Assembly: GCA_002723345.1 (NCBI GenBank)
Contig: PBNV01000003.1
Span: forward strand, 9,866 to 73,865
Direction of reading: 5' to 3'
DNA length: 64,000 nucleotides
Source of the DNA: Rhodospirillaceae bacterium
GTDB lineage: Bacteria > Pseudomonadota > Alphaproteobacteria > Rhodospirillales > UBA2165
The notes under the pieces are model-generated. The model did not search any database. It worked only from the letters and a program-made list of their open reading frames with translations, and was not told where the DNA came from. The translations under genes were made by a program, and so were the position numbers. Positions within the stretch are counted from its first letter, which is position 1. Each line of letters starts with the position of its first letter. This document shows positions 26,953 to 34,798 of this stretch, one piece after another.

Positions 26953-28217
26953 TTGCGCACAGTGACCTTTATCCCCGGGCCGATGCCATTGAATGTATTC
27001 GTTACAATTTGATCTTCTGGCGAAAACGTACCCGAGATAATCAACTTATCATCAATAAGCGCCTTAATTTTTACAGGATGTCTTTTCAGCCTTTCATTTG
27101 ATACGGTATAGACAAACCCGTCGTGAACCGCCGTTTCCGGTATCTTGATAACAGACTGAAAGGCTTGCCCTTCGAGAAAAACTTCTACAAAAGCACCAGC
27201 GCGTAATTTAGTTCTTAGGTCTAGATCATTAATCTGCGCAAACAAGCTCACTCCTCCCTTTGAAGCGTCTATGACGCTCTCTATCCGGCTGACAATACCT
27301 TCGTAGACCACGCGTTGGTTGCCCCTCCACTTTATCTTTATAGGTTTACCTATCAGGCCCTGGTCATCAAAAATTTGACCAAACTGGGATGTACCTAATT
27401 GAAATTTTACCTCCAATTTGTCTGCTTGGATTAGTCGGGCTAGCTTTTCACCCTTGATAACATAACGACCCTCGGCAGCCGAAACATCGGTTAGGAAACC
27501 GTCAAATGGCGCGTTGTGTGTAGTATCTGACAGATCCCTTTTTGCGGTTTCTACGGCCAATTCCCCTCGCGTTATCGCAGCAATTTGTCTCTTAATATTA
27601 GCCCCAAGCTTTTTGACGTCTCGGGATCCTGTTGTAACTCTCTGTTGAGTGTCATTGAGGAGTAACCTGGCTTCATCGAGGCTCTTCTCTGGTATCGTAT
27701 TCCGTCTAAATAATTTTTCCCTTCGCGTTAATTCTCTTTTCCGAATTGCGAGCTGCTCTTTATTTTGGGCAAGGAGGCTTTTTGAACTGCTCTGTTCTAT
27801 CCGTAATTCAGCGAGACGCTCTTTAGCCTCAACCAATTCAGCGTCTCTCTCACCGAGGCGAGTGAGAAAAGAAAAAGGGTCGATACGAAAGAGAAGTGCG
27901 CCCTTGTTTACTTTACCGCCATCAAGAAAATTTTTGTTAACCTCCAAAATTCGGCCTGTAACCTCCGCCCTAATCTCGATTTCTCCTGCAGGTATGATCG
28001 TCCCATAGTATTTTCGCGTAGGAACGATCTTGGTCAGAGTTGCGGGTATTACGGAGACAGGCCAAGCTCTCTCAGAGGGCGGTGCGGGTTTAATTCCGGG
28101 TTGGGTTAATTTGAATATCCAAGCTATCAGTAAGGCAAATCCTAGTACACTTAGGGGCACTGCTTTTTTTGCGTTACGGGCTTCAAATATTGGGCTCAGT
28201 TTTTTTAATAGTCTCAT
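26949..28217 (-). CDS. RND efflux periplasmic adaptor (membrane fusion protein, HlyD family)
   Basis: 422 aa with an N-terminal anchor, a coiled-coil hairpin region and a beta-barrel C-terminus. Sits directly upstream of the RND gene. Confidence 0.88.
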   Translation of the reverse strand: MRLLKKLSPIFEARNAKKAVPLSVLGFALLIAWIFKLTQPGIKPAPPSERAWPVSVIPATLTKIVPTRKYYGTIIPAGEIEIRAEVTGRILEVNKNFLDGGKVNKGALLFRIDPFSFLTRLGERDAELVEAKERLAELRIEQSSSKSLLAQNKEQLAIRKRELTRREKLFRRNTIPEKSLDEARLLLNDTQQRVTTGSRDVKKLGANIKRQIAAITRGELAVETAKRDLSDTTHNAPFDGFLTDVSAAEGRYVIKGEKLARLIQADKLEVKFQLGTSQFGQIFDDQGLIGKPIKIKWRGNQRVVYEGIVSRIESVIDASKGGVSLFAQINDLDLRTKLRAGAFVEVFLEGQAFQSVIKIPETAVHDGFVYTVSNERLKRHPVKIKALIDDKLIISGTFSPEDQIVTNTFNGIGPGIKVTVRK

Positions 28218-28271
28218 ATTAAAAAATTTACCTACATGCGCGTATCGTACTCTTCTATACGTGTTTGCCCT

Positions 28272-29039
28272 CTAATAGACCAGTAGCATTGTACCCGCTA
28301 TCACAAGTAGGCAATGGGCAACTTTCTTGAACCATACGGCTGGCATATAATTAAATAGGAACTGTCCCAAACGCGCTCCGATCATGAAGACAGGGCTAAG
28401 CAGTAATACAGTGAGAATTAATGTGGGGCTGTAAATGTTATTTGCAGCCAATCCAACTATTATACAAAAACTAAACACACTACCTGTTGTTAGAATGTTT
28501 GCTCTTTGTATCGCTGGCGCAGTTTTAGCAGCAAGATAATACATTACCATAATGGGTGCGCCTGGAATTCCCGTGCCCCCTGAGATTCCCCCTGTAAATA
28601 TTCCGGCCACTGCACTCGTCAAAATGTTCCTGGGGCCAGTATACTTTTTTCCTAAAATCATAATCCCGGTTGTGAATAATATGAAAAACCCCATTATTTT
28701 CTTCACAACAATTGGATCGGCAGTAATTAAAAACGATAAACCCAAAAAAACTGCGATTGAACCAGCTATTGAGACAGGTAATACCTCTTTCCAATCGACA
28801 TTTTCTATAGCACTTGGCAGTATTGTCGTAGCCCCGAGAATATAGACGGGTGTAATTATTCCAATCGCAACGACTGGCCCAAACAATATCACTAATATTG
28901 GAACCGAAATTGTGCCACCACCAAAGCCTGTATAACCTTGGATCAGGCCGCCTATGAATAGTACCAGGGCGGATACTAAAAAATTTCTGATGGAGATATC
29001 TAAGGATATCTGAGAGAGATATTCTGTAAAAAAATCCAA
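28272..29039 (-). CDS. TauE/SafE family membrane transporter (second copy)
   Basis: 255 aa, polytopic, with GLIQGYTGFGGGTISVPIL and a repeated GGISGGTGIPGAPIM motif. Very AT-rich. Confidence 0.8.
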   Translation of the reverse strand: MDFFTEYLSQISLDISIRNFLVSALVLFIGGLIQGYTGFGGGTISVPILVILFGPVVAIGIITPVYILGATTILPSAIENVDWKEVLPVSIAGSIAVFLGLSFLITADPIVVKKIMGFFILFTTGIMILGKKYTGPRNILTSAVAGIFTGGISGGTGIPGAPIMVMYYLAAKTAPAIQRANILTTGSVFSFCIIVGLAANNIYSPTLILTVLLLSPVFMIGARLGQFLFNYMPAVWFKKVAHCLLVIAGTMLLVY

Positions 29040-29120
29040 GGCTATGGCCTGCTACGTCATTTTTTGTTTATTTGAATGCAGTGAGGAGCGGGCTTTGTCG
29101 TATCATTTAATAAGTTAGTT

Positions 29121-30167
29121 TTACTGACTGCACGGGTAGGGCCATATCCGTTGCGTGCTCGGTGGTACCAAAGCACCATCAGTTTTTGCATAAGGAACGG
29201 GTACGCCCTTTTGTCCTTCCGGCAATTTCACAATAGAATGTGAATCAAATGGAGGATCCATTTTGTAAAATGCATTCGGATCCATCCAATAACCGTCTTT
29301 GGGAGCTACAAAACGACCATTATTAGACCAGGCAGATTGTTTACTATACAGGATAGCAAAGTGGAGAGCATCTCTTCGAAGCCGCCGCCCCATTTTCCCG
29401 CTATTACTCGTTTTACCAACCTCTTGACCGATCTTTACTGACTGACCAATTGTTAATGGAGACATACTTAGTAAGTGGGTATATTGAGAGTAAGTCCAAA
29501 ATGGTAGTCCAGTTTGTTTGGGACTGTGCCTAATCATTACCTCAATCCCTTTTCTATTCCCTTTGTTTTTAAATTTTCCAACCACTCTTCCCGAGGCGAC
29601 AGCCAAAATCGGCGTTCCATGTCTTTGAGGAATATCAATGCCTTTATGCAAGGCTGGCCAAGGACGCTTATGAGAATAATCAATTGCCCATGTTTCACTA
29701 TCTATTTCAGGACAATCAGCCCCGCCAATAAATTTGGGAGACAAACCAGTCTCAACGACGCCTCTTGACTTTTGGATCTCTACTGCTTTCCATTTATCGA
29801 AGATGAGAGACTTGCCCACCATGGCTTGGACAACGCTGGAAATGGCACTCATGGGAACAAAGCCTTCCATCGTTTTGCAGATCTCACATGATCTAGGGCG
29901 TCTTTGAGCTCTATCTTCAATATTAAACGTTTTTTTACTTTGCCTACCTCGCCTTCGTTCTCTTTTGTCTCGATGATAGCGAGCAAGTTCCCGATCATTA
30001 TCCGAAGATACTTTATTAGTTCCCATATATCCTTTACTTGCCGATTTAATCCCCAACTCTATTTTTACTTGGGATAAACCAACCGTCGAAAATAGTAAAG
30101 AAAACAATGTAAATAAAAAAGACGTTAAATAATTGAAGCGTTTTTTTGATGCCCACATCGAAATCAT
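29121..30167 (-). CDS. M23 (LytM) family peptidase-domain protein, possibly with a degenerate active site
   Basis: 348 aa with a signal/anchor, an Arg/Lys-rich linker, HKGIDI (HxxxD) and GTPILAVASGRVV. Where HLHFE is expected the sequence reads ALHFA. Confidence 0.8.
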   Translation of the reverse strand: MISMWASKKRFNYLTSFLFTLFSLLFSTVGLSQVKIELGIKSASKGYMGTNKVSSDNDRELARYHRDKRERRRGRQSKKTFNIEDRAQRRPRSCEICKTMEGFVPMSAISSVVQAMVGKSLIFDKWKAVEIQKSRGVVETGLSPKFIGGADCPEIDSETWAIDYSHKRPWPALHKGIDIPQRHGTPILAVASGRVVGKFKNKGNRKGIEVMIRHSPKQTGLPFWTYSQYTHLLSMSPLTIGQSVKIGQEVGKTSNSGKMGRRLRRDALHFAILYSKQSAWSNNGRFVAPKDGYWMDPNAFYKMDPPFDSHSIVKLPEGQKGVPVPYAKTDGALVPPSTQRIWPYPCSQ

Positions 30168-30229
30168 CCAATTGAAATTTTATTTTTTGCTTCTTCCAAC
30201 ACGAATTTAGCTTTGGGCGGAATGACGGT

Positions 30230-30322
30230 TGGCGGAGGGAGAGGGATTCGAACCCTCGATAGAGCTTTAAACCCTATACCGGTTTAGCAAACCGGCGCCT
30301 TCAGCCACTCGGCCACCCATCC
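30230..30322 (-). tRNA. tRNA-Ser (anticodon GCU), CCA encoded
   Basis: The reverse complement folds as a cloverleaf. Acceptor GGATGGG/TCCCTCC has one T:C mismatch at 4:69. D-arm GCC-GAGTGGCTGAA-GGC; anticodon arm CCGGT-TTGCTAA-ACCGG; long variable arm; T-arm GAGGG-TTCGAAT-CCCTC; discriminator G then CCA. Confidence 0.9.
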
Positions 30323-30386
30323 GCTTTCAGGCTTTTTGTTTTATACAAGTTTTAGGCGACATACAAATGCATGTGTCACTTGTAAA

Positions 30387-31109
30387 TCATCCAGAGAAAA
30401 TACTCACCCCGCCACAGACAAAAAGTGTCTGACCCGTCACAAAACCACTTTTGGGATCAGCAAAAAATAGGATCGCATTGGCGACATCCTCAGGTTCGCC
30501 CAATCGTCCAACAGGTACTTTAGCAGCATATGCGTGCTGCTCCGGGCTGTCCTTTTCGACCAAGTCCCAAAAATTATCCGTGAGAATAGGACCTGGCGCA
30601 AGCACGTTAACGGTGATGCCATGGGGCGCCAATTCCAATGCCCAGGTGCGGGCCATGCCAACTAAGCCAGCTTTGCTATAAGAGTACGCAGTCCGGGATT
30701 GCAACCCCAGCAAGGCTCGGGAAGAATTAAAGATGATCCTCCCAAAATTACGCTCTTTCATACCCGGCGCTAGGGCCTGGGTGAAAATCAATGCCGCCGC
30801 CGAATGCAGCTGGGTTAGGTCGTGTAAATCCGCCACCGTAACATCTTCCAAAGGTTTCTGGCGGATCATACCGGCATTATGCACAAAATGGGTGACTGCA
30901 TGGTTTTCTGCAAGTTGCGCCGCGAGGGACACGGTTGCCTCCTCATCCACTAAATCGCAATTCAGGCTGGTAAAACGGTCATGAGCCCAATCTGGTTCAT
31001 GCAAGCCAACGGAGATCACCTCGTAACCGGCGGCTAACATCATTTTGGAGGTAGCTTCGCCTATCCCTGAACCACCGCCGGTTATGATAGCTGTTAGGTT
31101 GTTACTCAT
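30387..31109 (-). CDS. SDR family oxidoreductase (cis-diol dehydrogenase-like position)
   Basis: Start MSNNLTAIITGGGSGIGEAT, with the YSYSKAG catalytic motif. Last gene of the Rieske dioxygenase operon. Confidence 0.85.
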   Translation of the reverse strand: MSNNLTAIITGGGSGIGEATSKMMLAAGYEVISVGLHEPDWAHDRFTSLNCDLVDEEATVSLAAQLAENHAVTHFVHNAGMIRQKPLEDVTVADLHDLTQLHSAAALIFTQALAPGMKERNFGRIIFNSSRALLGLQSRTAYSYSKAGLVGMARTWALELAPHGITVNVLAPGPILTDNFWDLVEKDSPEQHAYAAKVPVGRLGEPEDVANAILFFADPKSGFVTGQTLFVCGGVSIFSG

Positions 31110-31111
31110 TA

Positions 31112-31591
31112 CTAGATGATGAGCTGCATGTTGTGATGGGCAGCGTCGCAATTGACCAGCTCAACCCGTTTCATTTTTATTTTCAAACCATCCTTCTCCA
31201 TCGTCAGGTTGTGATCCATCCAACCAGCATACATCTCCTTCTCATCCATGCGGGATTCGATAAACTGGAACGGCGTGTGTACATGGAACACATTGGCGGC
31301 TTCGTCCATTGAGTCAACCGCTGGGAGTTGCAAGATATGAACGCCGCGGCTCTTGGGCTGCTGTGAGTAAGTAAGTTTGCCAGTCAACCGACGCACTCGG
31401 GTGGTTAGTAGGATCATGTCTTCATAAAGCAAAGACGTGACAAGTTTCTCTTCTGTCTGACCCGGCTCCAACGGCATCCAATATCGACCATCTGAAGTAA
31501 AAAGCTCCAACCAATCTTCATACCGCTCCTCATCCAAAAGCCGTGCTTCTCGGACGACAAAATCAATCAATTCTTGTTCGGTTACACTCAT
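31112..31591 (-). CDS. aromatic-ring-hydroxylating dioxygenase, beta subunit
   Basis: Start MSVTEQELIDFVVREARLLDEERYEDWLELF. About 159 aa. The ATG overlaps the alpha-subunit stop (ATGA at 31588-31591). Confidence 0.85.
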   Translation of the reverse strand: MSVTEQELIDFVVREARLLDEERYEDWLELFTSDGRYWMPLEPGQTEEKLVTSLLYEDMILLTTRVRRLTGKLTYSQQPKSRGVHILQLPAVDSMDEAANVFHVHTPFQFIESRMDEKEMYAGWMDHNLTMEKDGLKIKMKRVELVNCDAAHHNMQLII

Positions 31592-32952
31592 CCGTCGGTC
31601 CCCGTTGCGGATTGGGTGGCCGCAGCCTGGATCGAGCCCGCTGCTGTTGCCATGTATTTGAGCCAAGCATGGAACTGATTGCGGAACTGAACCTCACTGT
31701 TACCCGAATGCACTTCTTCCGGCTGGGTGCATTCGTCATGAAGCTGCAAACGCTGGATATTAACCCACTCGTTGCGTTCGGCACGTAGGCCCTGCTGGGC
31801 ACGTTCGTACATCTCCGTATCGTCGTGACCAACCATGGAAGTAGGTGCATTAATCAGTCGATTATACATCGCGGTCCGCTCTAGCAAATAGTCGGGTGCT
31901 CCCACGAGCCGGAATATCCATGATTCGATAAGGGTCTCATTTGCCGATATGGGCTTAAAAAGGCGCAACTTCTGGATGGGCCCCTTCACCATCAGGTTTG
32001 GAAAATAAACGGTATTATGACGCACTTCACCGAGAATTTCCTGGGCCCGTTCTGCGCCGTAGGCTTCGCGCATGGCATTAAAATATTCATCCTCTTCTGT
32101 GTAATCTGAGTGAATGGAATTATGCACACCGGTATGGCCGTGCCCATTAGGCCAGACACGGATGCCCATGCCATCATAAAAGTTATATGGCATCGTAAAA
32201 GGAACGATAGCTTCAACCACCATAGGCGTTGGGCCCTCGTGCTTGTCCTTTACTTCCTCCCAGAGCGTCTTGGCGGTCATTGCTGAGGAGGCGTGAACGG
32301 TCATGGGGTGGAAAGTATCGGTCTGATTTTCAATCAGCATCTTCCAGTTGCACCGATTAACGTAACGTAGCGGTGCACCAACCACTTCTAGTCTACCAGC
32401 GGGCGAACGATCGACAAAATTATCGATTGTTGACAGTGAACCGCCAAAAAACGTCTCAAAATCTTCGCCCTTCTCTGCAAGACGGCAAAAAACCCATTCA
32501 CGATGAACATGCATCGCCGCGACGGCGGTCATTCCTCGGGCGGCGTGTGACGATTCGAAACCAGTATTATCGTATCCCTCTCGCTCTGGTATACGCCGTA
32601 AACTGCCATCTGTGTTAAACGTCCACGCGTGGTATGGACATCGAAGGGACGTCCCCGCACACCCATGGACATCTCTGACGATCTCAGCACCACGGTGCGG
32701 GCATCGGTTATACAGCACCTTAATAGTATTGTCCTGATGACGGATCATGACAATCGGCTGATCTGCCACCGTAGTCGTGAAATAATCCCCAGGATTCGGA
32801 GTTTGGCTTGCATGGCCAACATAAACCCAGGTGTTCCGGAACAAGTGTTGGATTTCCAGATCGAAAACGGCCTCACTCGTGTATAGGTCCCGGTGGACTT
32901 CGCCCTCCCGGACCAAATCAAGCACCGAACCCGGATTGTTAAGATAGGTCAT
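31588..32952 (-). CDS. Rieske (2Fe-2S) aromatic-ring-hydroxylating dioxygenase, alpha subunit
   Basis: 454 aa with the Rieske motif CPHRGAEI..(x)..CPYHAW and a catalytic domain containing NWK..ENQTDTFH. Confidence 0.9.
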   Translation of the reverse strand: MTYLNNPGSVLDLVREGEVHRDLYTSEAVFDLEIQHLFRNTWVYVGHASQTPNPGDYFTTTVADQPIVMIRHQDNTIKVLYNRCPHRGAEIVRDVHGCAGTSLRCPYHAWTFNTDGSLRRIPEREGYDNTGFESSHAARGMTAVAAMHVHREWVFCRLAEKGEDFETFFGGSLSTIDNFVDRSPAGRLEVVGAPLRYVNRCNWKMLIENQTDTFHPMTVHASSAMTAKTLWEEVKDKHEGPTPMVVEAIVPFTMPYNFYDGMGIRVWPNGHGHTGVHNSIHSDYTEEDEYFNAMREAYGAERAQEILGEVRHNTVYFPNLMVKGPIQKLRLFKPISANETLIESWIFRLVGAPDYLLERTAMYNRLINAPTSMVGHDDTEMYERAQQGLRAERNEWVNIQRLQLHDECTQPEEVHSGNSEVQFRNQFHAWLKYMATAAGSIQAAATQSATGTDG

Positions 32953-32981
32953 GCGGTCACCTCCCTGATAGCGTCTTTTAT

Positions 32982-33440
32982 TTATTTCAATCGTGTCACG
33001 ACAAGATTTAACAAGCTAACCAAAGTCTTGAATTCTTGTGGGCCCAATTTGTCTTGGAACCGGCACTCGACGGCGCGTGCACGGTCCGCAAGAATGGTCG
33101 CTTGCTCCTGGCCTTTGTGCGTCAAAGTGATGTTGACAGTTCGCCGGTCTGCCGCAGCGGTTTGACGTTTCAGAAGACCATTTTTTACCATGCCCTCAAC
33201 TACCCGGCTAAGAGTGGGTTGCTTGACCATCATGATCTCCGCCAGTTCGTTGAGCGTATGTCCTTGTCGCCGGCCAGTGTCACTGATCAAGCTCAAAATC
33301 GTTTTGGTCTCATTGCGGGACATGCCGACGGACTTCGCCAGTGCGTCAATTTGCAAAGACGCGAGCGCCGAGGCTTGCGCCAGCAAGTACGGCAAATTAG
33401 ACGCTAGATCGAGATCAAGTGACGGTGCGGGTGCATCCAT
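32982..33440 (-). CDS. MarR family transcriptional regulator
   Basis: Winged-HTH segment LNELAEIMMVKQPTLSRVVEGMVKNGLLKRQTAAADRRTVNITLT. Preferred start is ATG 33438-33440. Confidence 0.85.
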   Translation of the reverse strand: MDAPAPSLDLDLASNLPYLLAQASALASLQIDALAKSVGMSRNETKTILSLISDTGRRQGHTLNELAEIMMVKQPTLSRVVEGMVKNGLLKRQTAAADRRTVNITLTHKGQEQATILADRARAVECRFQDKLGPQEFKTLVSLLNLVVTRLK

Positions 33441-33655
33441 GGTACCGACAACTCCCTCGTCAGAGTTTAAAAAATTATATTTTATATGTAAATACAACTA
33501 TTGCATGTTCATATATTTTTGCGCATCGGAAAAGCTGACTGAACCGTCAGCCGCACCCACATACTACCCGAATTCGAGGTGAATCCTGGTTGACAGTTGG
33601 CGCTGGAGAAATAAGGTTTATCAGAGTTTTCCAATACGAAAATAAGAGGGTTGCC

Positions 33656-34798
33656 GTGGAATTCAGTTTTACAGAGGAGCAGGAGGTACTCCGGAGCCAA
33701 GTTCGGAAATTGCTCGAGGATGTCTGCCCACCAGAATACGCTGCTAAATGTGATGTAGATGCCGTTCCACCGCGTGAGGCTTATAATGCCATGGCAGAGC
33801 AGGGATGGTTACGCCTGATATTGCCCGAGGAATACGGCGGTGTTGGCGGATCTCCAATCGATTTGGCTATTCTCTTGGAAGAAGCCGGGCGGGCCTATGA
33901 GGAGCTCGGCATTTGGATGTTCCGGTCCATGGTTTGGGGAGGCTATGCTATTTTAACCCATGGAACAGAGGCCCAAAAGTCCGACATCATCCCCAAGATG
34001 GCAACGGGCGAGTATAGTTTTTGCTTTGGCCTTTCAGAGCCGGAGTCTGGATCAGACGCGGCGGCCCTCAAGACATCTGCGACCCTGAAAGGGTCAGACT
34101 ATGTCATTAATGGTCAAAAGGTATGGACCTCGGGCATGGACATCGCAAAATACTGTTTGCTGGTGGCGCGGACAACCCAGGGAGGGAAAAAACAGCAGGG
34201 TATCACGAACTTTTTGGTTGATACTAGTCTTCCGGGTATCGAGATCCAGAAAATTGATACCTTGGGTCACCGCGGTATCGGGACCACACAGGTCTTTTAC
34301 AGTGACGTTCATGTGCCCGCGGAGATGACATTGGGGGAGGTGGATAATGGCTGGGCCAACACCGATGCCTATCTTTGGTACGAGAGGCTGTGTTTATCGG
34401 CCGCCCGCTATGGCGCTGCCACATCAGCATTCGACTATGCGCTCCAATACGCCAAAGAACGCACCCAATTTGGCCGTCCCATTGGCAAATTCCAAGCGAT
34501 ATCACATAAACTTGCAGAAATGAAAGTGATGCTCGAGACCACGAGACTTCTTGTATACCAATTTGCCTGGAAAATGGCTCAAGGTGCGGCGACACGTCAT
34601 GACGCCGCTATAGTAAAATTGTATTCGGGCGAAACTTACAAAAACGTCTCCGATATGGGATTGCAGATCCTCGGGGGCTATGGCTTCGCGAATGAATATC
34701 CCATGCAACGGTTTTTCCGTGACTCGCGGCTGGCCGTTATCGGAGGTGGTACCTCGGAAATTCAGAAAAACATCATTGCGAAGAATCTTGGCCTCTGA
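33656..34798 (+). CDS. acyl-CoA dehydrogenase
   Basis: GTG start after AAGAGGG. N-terminus (M)EFSFTEEQEVLRSQVRKL, with ..FCFGLSEPESGSDAAAL.. and a C-terminal ..GGTSEIQKNIIAK. Confidence 0.9.
   Translation: MEFSFTEEQEVLRSQVRKLLEDVCPPEYAAKCDVDAVPPREAYNAMAEQGWLRLILPEEYGGVGGSPIDLAILLEEAGRAYEELGIWMFRSMVWGGYAILTHGTEAQKSDIIPKMATGEYSFCFGLSEPESGSDAAALKTSATLKGSDYVINGQKVWTSGMDIAKYCLLVARTTQGGKKQQGITNFLVDTSLPGIEIQKIDTLGHRGIGTTQVFYSDVHVPAEMTLGEVDNGWANTDAYLWYERLCLSAARYGAATSAFDYALQYAKERTQFGRPIGKFQAISHKLAEMKVMLETTRLLVYQFAWKMAQGAATRHDAAIVKLYSGETYKNVSDMGLQILGGYGFANEYPMQRFFRDSRLAVIGGGTSEIQKNIIAKNLGL

Noticed and set aside
33481-33492. TTTATATGTAAA as a MarR operator in the MarR/ACAD divergent region
   Set aside because: It is an imperfect palindrome (10 of 12 positions) of pure AT in AT-rich DNA. 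It remains possible but cannot be supported from sequence alone.
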